A DNA stretch of 62,453 bases, filler included, from Hausera hauseri (GCA_046269625.1; 13 parts of 13 records of this genome joined end to end with filler, not necessarily neighbours in it); one strand, 5' to 3'. Numbered from the whole stretch's first letter, positions 40,622-54,828 are shown. Numbers and translations are program-made. Notes: generated by a model from the letters alone, not told the origin.

Positions 40622-43600
40622 GTATCGGTCAACCCATATGTTCGGGTGCATGGCAGTGTGATTGACTTCCTGGCCTCCTGTCCTTCGTCAGTGGGTCCCA
40701 CACCATGGTCCATTAAATCGCCACACCACCCAATAGGGCCTATGACACCCCTTTCGTTTTACTTTTTATTAAATAATTCTCAAATACTGACGTACTATAT
40801 CACATAGCATATAGATGCACTGTACTTATACAAATATTTACAACATTTTACTGCTGTTTCAGACTTTTACTTAACTATTAATACTCTACCACTCGTTAAT
40901 GCCAATGTCCGAAATTATTTTCTCCTTCGACCCCATATCTTGTTATACATATACATATGCGCATACGTGGTGGAATGGACTCTTCCCTCACCAATGACAC
41001 CACTGACAAAATTACCTCTAAACCATTACATTTTGCTTTTCACCAGAAATGAACGACCGTAATCACGCCATCTACTTTCACCAGTTATACATCTTCCATC
41101 CCGCCAGCCAAACACACTTCTTCTCAGTGCATGGAATATTTTATCGATCATGAAAAATCCAGAATAACCTGGCTCAGCTTTCACAAACTTTGGCTGCAGT
41201 CTAACAACATTACTGATCCCTCAGCAAAAGTTCATAGTTTACTTTGCCTCTTCTCTTCACGACATTTTAGATATTTTCCAACAATCCGACGAGTACACAC
41301 ATCTCTATAACGCACTCTTAAAACTTACCGAACCATCTATGGATTCCATAATCCATAGATTCTTTAATGATAACGCCATTAGAACACAAAAGCTTTCTGA
41401 GTTTTTACGTACGTCGTTGGTTCACCTAAAAACGCTAGGTGTAACTAGGCAGCACAATTCAGACCTTCTGCGACGATATTTCTTAAACGCGTTGCCCATA
41501 CAAATTAGAACACTCATTACCGTTGTCGAGGAATCTACGGCGTTAGATAAATTTGCGGAATTGGCTTATAAAACACATGAAGTGCTGCAATTGAATTCCC
41601 AACCAATTCTATCAGCAGCTGTCGCAACAAGCGACAATCAACACCATACAACAACAGAGCAACAGTTGAGCCAATTACGCGCTGAAAATTTAGCACTACA
41701 ACAGACAAAAAATAACTTTAATAATAGGTTGAACGATCTTTCATTACCACGACGAAGTGTTCCTATTCATAATCATATTCGTTCTGTTTCCAGAAACAGG
41801 TCACCATCGCCTACACGATATTTTGTGTGCATTTATCATAGCAAATTTCACAATAAAGCTAATAAATGCCGTTTAGGGTGTAGATATTACATTCCAAATT
41901 TACATTTAGACAAAATCGTTTGCATCTGCCATGCGAAATTTGGATTCCGCGCTCAGAAATGTCTTTCAGGCTGCAACTATAAGAATAACGCTAACCATAC
42001 TACCGACAGACGTTCTATTTCCCCTACTAATAGTCAGCCGATCTCACCAATTCAAAAGAACTAATTTCGCCGCCATTACTCACGGCAGAGTCTGGCAAAG
42101 GCAACTTCTCTAATACTACCTGCTGACACACTTCTTTTGCAGTCTTTACACTAAAGGCATCGATAACCACACCAACAACTCAATCCATAGACTTCCTTAT
42201 CGACACAGGCGCCGCTGTTTCTTTGATACCACTCACTTTCCCTGTGCAAAATTCACCATTTAAAGATAATCGTTATTTACGGCTTCAGGATAACCGCCTG
42301 ACATTTCAGGTACATCTAAATTGTCGTTCACCTTACCAAACTTTCACTCCACATTTCATTGGACGTTTACCGCAGCTAACGTTCGCACAGCAATCCTAAG
42401 TTCGGATTTCTTATCGCACTATAATCTTTTAGTTGATTGCAAACAACAATGTCTGAGACGTAACACTACTGGATATCTTACCGAGCGAATAAATAGTATA
42501 TCCGATAAGGCGCAAACGATCTTCCCGCGGAAGCTTATACTCAAAAACCCTGTAAGTAAAACAAACCTCTTCAACAAGCATTTTTCATTTTGTAAATTTT
42601 TTTTAATAATAATGTCAATATTCAGTCGAGAGTTGGTTTTGACAACTACGATTGTGTTGGTTCAGTAAATTCATTAGACAAAATTACCTCTTCAAACACT
42701 ATTTTTAATACTACTATCCTACGTCAAATTCCCCTTGATTTCGATAACTCGCAAACATCACTCGTCACTGCACATATTGACTCAACACTATCACCATCAC
42801 CCAATTTCTCGCAATTGCTTGCAATACACACTTTATGCCGCCACTTAATCCAGAAAGACCGAACCTTCACATCTACAAACAGCACTTCTCATCACATCAT
42901 AATGCAACACCAAAGACCTATTCGTCAAAAGGAACGTCCATTGTCACCTCGTCATAGGCAAGCTGTCGAAGCGGAATTTCTAGACCTTGAACGCTCCGGC
43001 ATTGTGCGCAGACCTAAATCGCCGTGGTCTTCGCCTTTAAACGTTGTCCAAGAAAAGATGGATCCTTCCGACCATGCTGTGATTACCGTCAGCTAAACAC
43101 TTTAACTGTTAGGAATGCATACCTTTTACCATTAATTTAGGACATCCTGCACCGGCTCAATTCTACTACAGTATATTCAACCATAGACTTAGCCAATGCA
43201 TATCATCAAATTCCTGTACCACCCGAGGACATCGAAAAAACTGCCGTTAAAACACCTTTCGGCCTGTACGAATACATTTATATGCCTCTTGGTTTAAGCA
43301 ACGCTGAGCAGACTTTCCAACATCACATCAACTCCATCTTGTCGGATTTCGTTTTCGCGCATCCATATATAGACGGTATCTTGATTGCTTCGTCTTCAAC
43401 TAAACAGCATGAAATACACCTTCATTCTACTTTCCAACGACTCAGCCACCACAATTTATAAATTAATTTTACGAAATTTCACTTCTTCCAAAAGCGTATT
43501 AACTTTCTCGGAAACATCATTTCGGCAAATAGTTATTCTCCTCAGCCAGAACATGTTGAAGCTCTCAAAAGTATACAACTACCCCGAACAACAACAGAAA

Positions 43601-44011
43601 TGAGGAGCTTTTTGAAAACTTTGCACTTCATTAACAAGTATGTGCCGTACTGCTCTGAACTTACAGCACCATTTTCTCACTTAAGCGGCGGCAAAATACA
43701 TCTGCCAATCAAGTGGACACCTGACCTGGTTGATACGTTTGATAAGCTACGCGATGGAATTAGGACCGCCGACATTCATAAGACTAATCCTTACTACAGA
43801 CGCTTCAACCACCGCGGTAGGTTCTGTGCTTTATCAAATACATAAAGGAGACAATCAACCGCTAGAATTTTTCTCTCGTAAGCTAACATCCCATGAAACT
43901 AGATATTCAGCATTCGATCGAGAATTATTGGCCATAATTCTTGCTTTAAAGCATTTCTCCCACCTATTTATCACTCGCCGTTTTACCATACAGACCGATC
44001 ACAAGCCCTTG
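40622..44011 (+). mobile_element. CsRn1/Kabuki-like Gypsy internal region (gag, pro, RT, RNase H), degraded
   Basis: CIYHSKFHNKANKCRLGC and CICHAKFGFRAQKCLSGC; FLIDTGA; SPWSSPL; DLA.AYHQI; TTDAS..AVG, YSAFDRELLA, TDHKPL. Confidence 0.9.
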
Positions 44012-44184
44012 NNNNNNNNNNNNNNNNNNNNNNNNNNNNNNNNNNNNNNNNNNNNTTAATTAATTAANNNNNNNNNNNNNNNNNNNNNNNNNNNNNNNNN
44101 NNNNNNNNNNNCCCCATATAAACTTCCCATACAATATTGATTATCGATCCTTGGGGGGGGGTGGCGCAGTGTCCTCCTTTCCTC

Positions 44185-45293
44185 CTACTTGCTATCTTCT
44201 TCACTTACAACTTCTTCATTTTCAACATCTTCAACTTGGTTGACATGTAGAAAAGTTTCATTGTTAAGAATACTCCATAACTTCTGATTTAGCTTCTCCG
44301 TTGTTACTTCCTGTCCATTTGTAGCAACAGCACAACATTCAAACGCACGCTTAATTGACTGAGCCTGCACAGTATTAAAAAAAGCAACAACCATCTCAAC
44401 AATCTTCTGGTATGATAATCGTTTTCTGTAACCTTTAGTAGAGTAATGAAGAAGATCCTCTCTTGCCTATTTGTCCCATTCATCACGGAGTGCAGCTCTA
44501 AAGCAAGCATAAATGCTGACATCTAAGGATTGTACAAAGTGTGTAATTTTCCCTGGTATTATGATAGCTTTTGAATTGTAGATTTTAGCCACGTTTAGTT
44601 TAATTTATCACTTATCTTGAAACCTGGTGGTATAGGTGTATCAAACTCAGGAGACAACAAATGATTTCGGAGTGTATTGTACGTTACAGATGGGTTGTTT
44701 TCTCTTTCTTTTTTGAAGAATGTAAAGAGCTTTTCTTCAATTTCAGAATAAAATGACTTTCTTCCGCCTCCTTTTAGACGTGGGACTTTTCGTTTGTTAA
44801 CTTGCTTCAACAATTCTTCTTCTTGCTGTAGCCAACGACGGAGATTCTTCCGATCAACTCCTGTCTTTTCAGACGGATTTTTGTCTTTCTCATGCCTTTA
44901 AACGCGCTACAAACTGCAATTTCTCTTGAAAAGTATAAGATTTCCNNNNNNNNNNTGACTCCATACGAAACAGATTTGAACAGCTCAAAATATGACTAAT
45001 TTTAATTACTTATAAAAAATACTTCACAAAAATCAACTCACTTCAAGAATGTCAACACAATCCAAAAGCTGAAATTCACATTAACAACGAAATTAGTAAT
45101 ATATAAACTTAAATCAATCAGCAATTAAACAAGATGCGTGCCAAGATGATTGCCAAGCTGTGTGTAAAAACTAAAATACTACATAGCTTTACTGATTTAC
45201 ATAATCTTGTCTCCAAATAAAGGCCCATGGGCCTCTATTTGGAATGAAAAACCAAAATAGAAGTCCAGGTGGGCCTCTGTAGGGAAAAACCGG
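44185..45293 (-). mobile_element. Internally deleted pogo/Tigger-type transposon
   Basis: CENP-B-like HTH (GGGRKSFYSEIEEKLF) fused to IPG..T..VQSLDVS (DDE_1 C-terminal part); terminus TA|CCGGTTTTTCCCTACAGAGGCCC at 45293. Confidence 0.8.
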
Positions 45294-45416
45294 TATGTTT
45301 TTTATTTTCTGACACAGAATCCGCGACATTTTTATTTTCTCTTCATTCTTCAGATTTTCATCCTCAGTACTTTCTGATTGTAGGTACGAAATCCTGATGA
45401 CATTATCTACATACAT

Positions 45417-47670
45417 CAGAGATGTTCAAAGTACGGCCCGCGGATTGATTTTTAGTGGCCCGCTAGTCTCAAAGAAAATAAAGAAATGTGCACTTAATGT
45501 GACCCGCTTACCACTCAAGAACTATCGGTGTCAGTTGCTATATGCTATACCGGCTATACCACTATCTGATATTGAATCATTTGCCGTTAATTAACATTGC
45601 GGTAATAACAAGAACAGGTAAGTGAGAAATGATTATATCGCCTGCTACTGTTTGTAGGTAATTCATTCACATGAACGTGTTTTGCAGGTATGGCATCTAA
45701 AAGAAGGAAAGTGAACACCGAATGCAGATAGTTTCAGTCTCAGTGGACATATGAATGCTTCTTTATTCCCAGCAAAGAAAAAACCCTGTGCCTGATCTGC
45801 AGAGTAACAGTTGCCGTTTGGAAGGAATACAATCTTCGTCGACATTATTAAATAAAACACGAGGGCCGCTATGGAAAGTGACGGATGAATTCAGAAAAGA
45901 GAAGTGGAAAAATTGAAGTGGTGACTGTTAGCGCAGCAGTTGGTGTTCAACATGGCCTCAAAACAACCAGAGAACGCTGTTCGCGCCAGCATGGCGTTTG
46001 CATATCGCATTGCAAAGCGTAGCATGGTAAGCTAATCAAGGATTGCATGGATGATATGGTGTCAATATTATGTCCAGAGGTGTGTGGTGTGCTGCAGAAT
46101 GTTAGTTTGCCTAGAAACACTGTTGCCAGAAGAGTACAAGATATGGGTTACAATCTTCTGGAACAATTAAAAAACCATGGCAAGGAGTTTGCATTTTACT
46201 CACTTGCTGTCGATGAAATTACGGACTTGAATGACACGGCCCAATTCCTGATATTTCGCGGTGTTGAGAACTTCACCATTACCGAAGAGCTAACTTGCAT
46301 GTCAAGTTTAAAGAATCGCACTCGAGGAAGTGATTTGCTCGATGAAGTAGCCGGTGCCCTAGATCTGTTGAAGTTGCCATTGTACAAATTTGTTGGACTA
46401 ACGACAGATGGGGCACCAGCCATGTTTGTACAATCAGTTGGTCTCGTGGCTTTTGTGAAAAAGAAACTCATTGAAGAAAATTGTCATCAGCCATTCTTGT
46501 TATGCCATTGTATCATACATCAAGAATCACTGGAAAGCAAAGTTTTGAAGATAGAAAATATCATGACTGTTGTTGTGAAGACGGTGAATTTTATCAAGAG
46601 TCATGCGCTCACTCACCGACAATTCCGAGCTCTTTCCGACGAAGGCCATACTCACAATGGCGCTATCATTTTTTAACTCAGATACGATGGCTAAGCTGTG
46701 GAGCGACCCTCAAGCGCTTTTTTAAATTGAGGCATGAGATAGACCTGTTCATGCATCAAAAGCAGAGAAGTTCCTCAACTCAGCAATCCTGAATGGTTAA
46801 AGAACATGTACTTTCTGGTGGATATCACAGAGCATCTCAATGAATTGAACAAGTCACTTCAAGGCAAGCAATAGCTCATCTCAACTTTGCTCGACCGAAT
46901 AAGAACATTCGAAAGAAAACTGCGCCTCTTCAAAATGCACTTCGATGGAGAAGTGCTCTTTCACTTTGCAACTTGCAAAGAGATGATGGAGGATATTAAG
47001 ACTGCTAGCGGTGCCGAGAGTCCCTTTCCTTTCTCTCGTTATGGTACCATAATTCAGAGTCTTACTGACGAATTTGATCAACGCTTTCAAGATTTCACAG
47101 CATTCCAAAGCAAGCTTGATTTTGTGGTCCAAATTGAAATGGCTCAACAAGATGTGCAGCTTGAACTGATCGATCTGCAGGAAGATTCCACTTTACGTGC
47201 TTATTTCAAAGACCGTCCACTGCTCGAATTCTATGATCTCCTACCGAAAGAGTGATTCCCTGTCTTGATCAAAAATACCCTCCACATGGCTTCGCTATTC
47301 GGAAGTACTTACACATGTGAGCAAACATTCTCTATCATGGCTGGTAACAAGAACGAACTCCGAACAAATCTGACGACTGAGCATCTGCAGTCAATAATTC
47401 GGCTGCCTACTTCGAAACGCACACCGGATTATACTGTCATTATTCATAAAATGGATCAGTGTCACATTTCACATTCACGCTCTCACTGGCATCGATTCAC
47501 ATGTGATCGTTCATTCTTTCTCTGAGATGGTTTGATGTAATACTAATGTTGCTAATTTACGTGTACATTTCATTACTCGTACACATTCTGAACAATTAAA
47601 CTTTTTGTGGGTTTGATTATTCGTAAATAAACGGCATGTCAATTAACCATGTGTGGCCCGTGATTCGTTA
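45417..47670 (+). mobile_element. hAT transposon of the SPIN/Buster (GTF2IRD2-like) type, degraded
   Basis: Terminus CAGAGATGTTCAAAGTACGGCCCGCGG; MASKRRKV near 45690; SLAVDE, TTDGAPAM, HCIIHQESL, IRWLS, FGSTYTCEQTFS. Confidence 0.92.
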
Positions 47671-47729
47671 TAAATTTCAGTACTGCAAAAATAGGGAGTC
47701 TGTCCCACACCCCCACCTGGGGGGGGGGG

Positions 47730-48520
47730 GTAATCGGTAAATCAATTTTGCACGTGCCAATCGATAGTGCACACGGTGCAGCATCGATCGGTAGTGTGCT
47801 AGGCGACGGTGCCGTTAGGTGCCGTTGCTATGCACATTTCACAAATCGATAGCTGCACATTGCAAAATTGATCGAATCGATCGGGACAAAGTGCTAATCG
47901 ATAGTGCACATTGGTGCACATCGATTGGTGAACAGTGCATGTGCGTAGCACATGTGCAAGTGTGCAAAAATCAATAATATCGGATTTCCGATAATTCCAA
48001 TATTGATGATTAGCACATGGCACCGAATGAAATCGAAAGACATACGATGCACTGTGTAAATGTGCAGTTAAAATTTAAATCGACCGATTGGTTTTCGATA
48101 AAATGCCAACTGAGGGAGAATATACATAGGCCTTTCCAGTATAAAATAAAAATCAATAATTTCGAACTGGGGCAAGTACTGCTCGGTAGTACATACGGTG
48201 CACTACCAAACGGGAAATGCTCAATGGTGGGTATCTTTGGGCACGGTTGCCATGACACTTACACTTTTCACATATTTGTTGCTGTACGGCTTTGTATTGA
48301 TGGAATTGATCGGGACCAAGTGCTAATGGATAGAACATGTCGAGATGCACCGACCTGTATTAGGAGCAGTGCACATACACATGTGCAAGTGTGCAAAAAT
48401 CAATAATATCGGTTTTCCGATAATTCTAATATTGATGATTAGCACATGTGACCGGATGCAATCGAGTGCAAAAACGGTGCACTATACAAATGTGCAATTA
48501 GAATTTAAATCTATCGAGTG
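47730..48520 (+). repeat. GTGCAC/ATCGAT-rich repeat containing a direct duplication of ~130 bp at ~430-bp spacing
   Basis: CACATGTGCAAGTGTGCAAAAATCAATAATATCGG.TTTCCGATAATTC.AATATTGATGATTAGCACATG at ~47949 and ~48378. Confidence 0.75.
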
Positions 48521-49178
48521 GATTTCGAATAATGTAGACCCTAAGTGCAACTGGGGCAGAATGCCCACAGGTTTTATTTGCCATAAGGAGACAAAAATCG
48601 ATATTACATTGAGCGGGGACGAATAAGAAACCGAGTATGGAGATCTCGAATATCGAGTCGAATATTCGAAATTCGAACATTTTTTGGCCCGAATATCGAA
48701 CGTCGAACTTTTCGAAAAATCTGATGTCATTCGATTCCCAATGCTCAAAAACCCCTAATTCCATTAAAATTATTCCATGACAATGTGCTATATAGATATA
48801 AAATCAATATTTCGACTTAAGCAAAATGTGCATTTAAATCTAATATCGCATACAAATGGGGAGCTATATATGGCGAATCGGAATATGACGTCAGATATTC
48901 GAAATCGAACTTAAAATCGAATATTTACCTATTCTAATTCGAAAACTAGATCAAGCATGCATTATTCGAAGAATCCGATGACGTCATTCAAATCCACGAG
49001 GGCGAAAACCTATAGAGCAGTGCACCGCGGTGTATTAAAACAATGGTTTTGCAATATGATAAAAGTACATAATAAATANNNNNNNNNNNNNNNNNNNNNN
49101 NNNNNNNNNNNNNNNNNNNNNNTTAATTAATTAANNNNNNNNNNNNNNNNNNNNNNNNNNNNNNNNNNNNNNNNNNNN

Positions 49179-52100
49179 GCAGTGGTTGGAGCGTCTGTAG
49201 TAAGGATAAGTTCGGTATCAGACTTGGGAAAAGCGAGAATATCGACAGTTTTGATGCCTTCGCGTAGCTTATCAAATTTGTCAAACAATTCAGGTGTCCA
49301 CTGGATTGGTTGATGTTTTTTCCCTCCGCTTAGGTGTGCGAATGGTACTGTCAATTCGGAGCAATGGGACATATTTATGTAAAGTGTAGTGTACCGAGAA
49401 AACTGCGCATTTCAGTGGTTGTACGTGGCAACTGGATATTTTTAAATGCTTCGACTCGGTCTGGTCGGGGAGAATGACCGTCTAGTGAAATAACGTAGCC
49501 TAAAAAGTTAATGCGCTTTTTGAAGAAATAGCATTTGTCGAAATTGACTTGGAGATTATGGTGGTTAAGACGTTGGAATATTGAGCGAAGGTGTTCTTCG
49601 TGTTGCTTGGCCGAAGATGGAACGGCTAAAATTTCGTCGATATAAGGGTGTGCAAACGGGAAATCTGAAAGAATTGAATCAATGTGCCGCTGAAAAGTTT
49701 ATGCGGCATTCTGCAAACCGAATGGCATAAATAGGTATTCATAAAGACCAAAAGGATTAGTGACAGCAGTTTTTTCTGTCTTCGGGTGACACCGATATTG
49801 ATGGTATGCTTTAGCTAAATCAATGATCGAATAAATGGTGGTTGAGTTAAGACGATGCAAGATATCCTTGATGAGTGGTAAATGGTACGCATCCATGATA
49901 GTCAAGTTGTTCAGCTGTCGGTAGTCACTTCATGGTCTAAAAGTACCGCCCTTTTTGTATAACGTGTAAAGGTAATGACCAAGGAGATTTGGAACGGCGT
50001 ACTATGCCGGAACGTTCTAGTTCAAGAAATTCGGCTTCTACGGGCTGCCTATGACAAGGTGACAGAGGTCGTACCTTTTGGCATATTAGTCGTTGATGCT
50101 GTATAACTATATTTTGTAAAGTGCTATTTGTGGGAGTAAACGTACGATCTTTTTTAAGTACGCGTGGACATGATGTGTTGACGAATTGTTGTAAATTTGT
50201 AGGTAACTGTGATAGATTCGGTGAAAGTGGTGAAACGGCTTGAGTATTATCGGATGCAATTTGTGAGTTGTTTGGTGATGTGCTGTCAAGTGGTATTTGG
50301 TGTAAGATGGTAGAATTAAAAATAGTGTTGGATGAAGCGATTTCGTGAAATGAATTAACGTTGGTGGTAGTACCATAATTATCGACATCAAACCTCAATC
50401 GAATATCATTATTATTATTTGAAAATTTAGGAACTGAATTATTGTTATGAAAATTCGAATTATTCATTGATTTTTCCTAGATCGGCCTCTGAGTCCCGGT
50501 CGACTGCGCGGTAGTCGAAATGCTATTGGTATGCCCAAAAATGTCGCCAGTGGTTCCGTTCTTCAAACATCGTTGACTGCAGTCAACCAATAGATTATAG
50601 TGTTATAGAAAGTCGGATTCTAGAATTGCCGTCTGGACGTTAGCGATTGTGAACGTCCAGTGGAAATAGGAAGGAAAATTTGGTAAGGTGAAAGATAATT
50701 TAGCCATGCCAGAAATGTGCAGCGCTTGGCCTGAAGCAGTGTATAAGGGCTTAATTCGGAATGGAGAATTTTGTACACGAAAGGTTTGTGGTAATAAAGA
50801 AATCGCTGCACCTGTATCAATGAGGAAATCAACAGATTGTGTTGTAGGGGCGATGATTGCAGCCTTTATATTAAATAGAGCAAGAGACGTGTCGGCGTTT
50901 AGAAAGTGAAGTAGTGCCTTTGCCAGAGTTTTCCGTGACTTCTGGCGGCGAACATAGTTTTTCTGAAAGGGTGAACTAGGACGACTATTAGAAGGAAAGG
51001 TAGCACGTCCGTCGTTCGTATGTGATTTGAAAGTGCAGCCTAAAATTCATTTACAAGCTTGGTTTTTGAACCTTGCGTGGTAGATGCAAACAACGGTGTT
51101 CGAGGAAAAACTTTGGTTATAAAATTTGCACCTTAGGCAGCACTCTTGAGCACTAGTGTTAAGTCTGCTATGATAATAGCAGGTCGACAAACGCGCCGGC
51201 GATGGTGAGCAGTTTCTAGACGCAGAACAAACGCGGTCATCGACAAAATCCTTTCGGCGGGACAGATAAAGTTCGTTTAATTTATGATTAATAATGTTGA
51301 TTGTTGCGTGTAATGCAGTATTTTCAGCACGTAGCTGATTAAGCTCTTGTTCTATTAGTGTGTTATTGGTTTGAGTATCGTTAGTTACAACTGCTGCCAA
51401 AACAACTGGTGCGAAATTTAAGTGTAGAAGGTCGTGTGTCCTATCAGCTAAATCCGCCGATTTTTCAACAGTCGTGGAGTCCTCCACCAAGGTAAGTGGG
51501 GCCCGGATTTGGATAGGTAACGGCTTCAGGAAATAGTGGAGCAGTAGATCTGGATTGTGTTCTTTAGTGACGTCGAGGGTATGTAGATGTGCCAAAGTGC
51601 GTAAGAATTTTAATGGTCGTTGCGTGCCTATCACATTGTCGTGGAAGAAACGTTGTATGATTATGTCCATGGAGGGTTCCGTGATCTTAAGAACGGCGTT
51701 GAAAAGTTGGGAATATGGGCCAGGAAGTTCAAACATTTCGATGATGTTGTGAATTCGTGTTTTGATGTTATTATGGAGTAAGAAGAGATTTTGTGCATTG
51801 GTTAAAAAATCAGTAATATTATTTGTTTGTAGCCATAGTTGATGAAATTGCAACCACATTTTGCTGCAGCCTTGGTTGTCAATAAAGAATTCGGTGCAGT
51901 GAGAGAAAGGAGAGGAAGAGGTAATGGGTGAAAGGTTGCTAGCAGGGGTAGAAGTGGGTTTTTGAAGCAATATAACAGATTTTGGTTTCGTAGTGGTTTT
52001 ATCCGTTGTCTATGGTTGGCGATGAGTTCATACCACCACGGGTACGGAAGTGTATGTGGATACAAGTATGAGTTGAGAAAAATGGTAAATTTTCAGTGAG

Positions 52101-52362
52101 GGGTACTATAGATCCATTATGTGTAAGGTAGAAATCGGAAGAGTGGAATAAGATGGAAATGAAGTTACGAATTGTTGCAGTGTAAATGCAATGAAATGAG
52201 TGTGTGTTTATTATTTAGAAAAAAGAAGATGGATAAGAGATAGTGTGCTCGGGGGCGTGTTGTGGGGCTGAAGCTAAAGGCGCCATCTGACCAACTGGCG
52301 CAGGGTAGGCCGCCGGGACCTCAGCCTCGCCGCACCGGGTCCCAAATTTCGGGGTAACCGAT
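49179..52362 (-). mobile_element. Second CsRn1-like Gypsy internal region, degraded
   Basis: Gag homologous to 41339-42064 (CYYH..C..C and CIYH..C); FLIDTGA; IDLAKAYHQ, MPFGLQNA; LTTDA. Confidence 0.9.
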
Positions 52363-52599
52363 TTCTCTGCTTAAGGTATGATGAAGTGCACCGCTGACGG
52401 AGTAACAAGTGGATATGCATCGCATTCTATATGCAGCTTTTTTGCATTTACAACAACGACGGCTAGGCCATTTACATATACTATTGCCTTTGGTAATGAT
52501 GCAGCAACGCCAGGTGCGGTTCCATACGGAACAAACAGAGTGACCTCTTCGCCGGGTTTGAGCACAACGATCATACAATGTGTAGTTATTATACCCACG

Positions 52600-52705
52600 G
52601 ATATATTCTAAACCCTGATGAAATGTTTGCCACTTCTGTAGATAAATTGGAAGAAAGTCGTTAATCTCATTTCTATTTGTCTCTTGCTTTATTGACTCAA
52701 TGTGC
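52600..52705 (-). pseudogene. Cullin N-terminal repeat-like fragment
   Basis: HIESIKQE...DFLPIYLQKWQTFHQGLEYI resembles cullin repeat 1 (L..Y...W..Y..G..Y). Confidence 0.45.
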
Positions 52706-52712
52706 CGTTGAG

Positions 52713-53194
52713 TCAAGCGAAGTGTATCGGTATATAACGACTCGGCATAAACTTCACTTCTATCTTTTTTGCTGCATACCTTTCATTATCTACGCTAGGC
52801 GTACCCCAATATGCATCATAAATAATAGCCTTTGTCCTTAATGACATAAGTGCATATCCAATATTATTACCGTGATAATAAAAATTGACAATGTAGAAAT
52901 GAATATTACCTTGTCCACTCATCTGGCTATTTCATTGCTTCCCTGATCAGTTTCTCTTCCGATTAAGAAGTGTAAAAGTCCATGAGTATTCCTTAATACA
53001 GATGCTGCAAACTCCTGAGAAACACAAATTAAACTCTGGCCGTTTACGTCCACAATTTGATCATCAGAATGAACATTGTCGACATTTTCGAAATGAGTGG
53101 TTCGGAAATTGTATGAATCCGTTAAAAAGTCCTCGAAATCAGGCGCATTTGTAACTAATTTTTGTAGAAATACAAATGCGTGGAGCATTTTCAA
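52713..53194 (-). pseudogene. Possible MULE-transposase-like fragment following a Ser/Asn-rich ORF (53139-53672)
   Basis: FYIVNFYYHGNNIGYALMSLRTKAI resembles the MULE YAL...KT motif; the catalytic DGT motif is not seen. Confidence 0.35.
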
Positions 53195-54828
53195 TCATTT
53201 GATAAAAACTGAGATTAATATTAGACGGTTCATGCTGATCAATAAATTGTACATCATTGTTAAGATTTATAAACTCTGCTGAGTAATGACTGATAAATTG
53301 GTCATGTTTGTTTTCTGTATGGCTAATTGGATTCGATATTGTTTCATTTAACGTAGGTGTTGGTTTATCTACATCTGAATCAGAGTCACTTTCAACGTGT
53401 ATTAACATCAGTTGATCGTTGGAATGTATACCATCATAATTTTCAGATGGTACTTCAGCTGAAAGACGATTCGGTTTGGATGTCAATGAATCTGTGTTGT
53501 TAGATGGACTATTGTTTTCAGATTTTTCGTTACTATTGGATTTGGAAAGTGATGTCTGTTCAACATTTTTCGTATGTTGAATACTTAATCTCCGTACACG
53601 GAATTCTTCGGCTACTGGCTGAATAACGGAAATTTGGTTACTTAAAAATGGGGATGTAACTAACAATGACATTGAATTTTTTGAAATTTAAATTTGAGAC
53701 TTCTGACTGATCAGAATCGCTGTAAATGTACTTTTCATTTTTTAGCATATTTTCAACACCTGGTAATGACCAAGGCTTTTTCATCATCAATACTGAATTG
53801 TTCCAATTTCTGTCATAACTTTCAACATTNNNNNNNNNNNNNNNNNNNNNNNNNNNNNNNNNNNNNNNNNNNNTTAATTAATTAANNNNNNNNNNNNNNN
53901 NNNNNNNNNNNNNNNNNNNNNNNNNNNNNAGATGAATGATCGGAGAAGCGAAGGAAGAAAGTGAGTCAGACGGGTGTAGCACAGAACCATGGTGCGACAA
54001 ATAAAAATCGGAAGTGTGTAGGAAAGAGGATAGACATAGATGGTGTAAGCAATGTCCGTGTTACTAGTGTGTATGGTAAAAATGTTATTTTTAAAAAGAA
54101 AAAAGAAAGGGGTTGAAGAGTGATGCCAGAGGCGTGTTGTGGCGCACGGATAACGGACGCGTCCAGGTTTCTGACCAGATGATGTTCGGGCCGCATAGCC
54201 GAGGGGGCAGTCGCCAAAACCGATCTCTGATGGCCAATGTTTATCGCAGACTGATCGGATGCTCCGTATATGTCAATAAGTTTAGAGTCGTGGATGTTTA
54301 AGTAACCACACCTTATAATTCGAATAACCATAGAAAGAATCGGTATAACATGCATCATCATTAATAAAAGGAATATCGTCACAACTATCACCAATTCATA
54401 AGCGGCTTTCCGCTTCAAACGGTGCCACTGAATCCGAATAGAGATCGTCAGTATCAATGATCATAAAGGTGTCTTGTTGAATTTTCTCCAATTGCGAATC
54501 CGTCTTTTTCAACAATGCACAAACTCCATCCAAAATCGGTGATCGTTGCATTCCGGATTGTGGCAGTATAGGTAATGGGAAATAAGTATTCGATCGTGAA
54601 TGCGTCGGTGCTGGTGACGATGATATTTTTCGAAACACGGAATTTCATAACGTGTTATAGTATTCATCGGTAACCAAATTGGTTTCATCTTTGGAAAGTG
54701 TTTTTTTCTTGTTATAAAGTCCGGATACAAAGAGTGAGGCAACGGTATGGCTCATTGTTATCGGATGGTTTGATATGAAATCGTCGTAGGAACTATCGAG
54801 TATAATCATACGAGTACAAGAATGTGTA

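Noticed and set aside
54190-54310. THAP-like VCDKHWP on the minus strand
   Set aside because: No N-terminal CxxxC, and stops in the frame.
54515-54550. Aurora-like kinase motif ITDFGWS
   Set aside because: No other kinase motifs (HRD, APE) nearby; too short to support a call.
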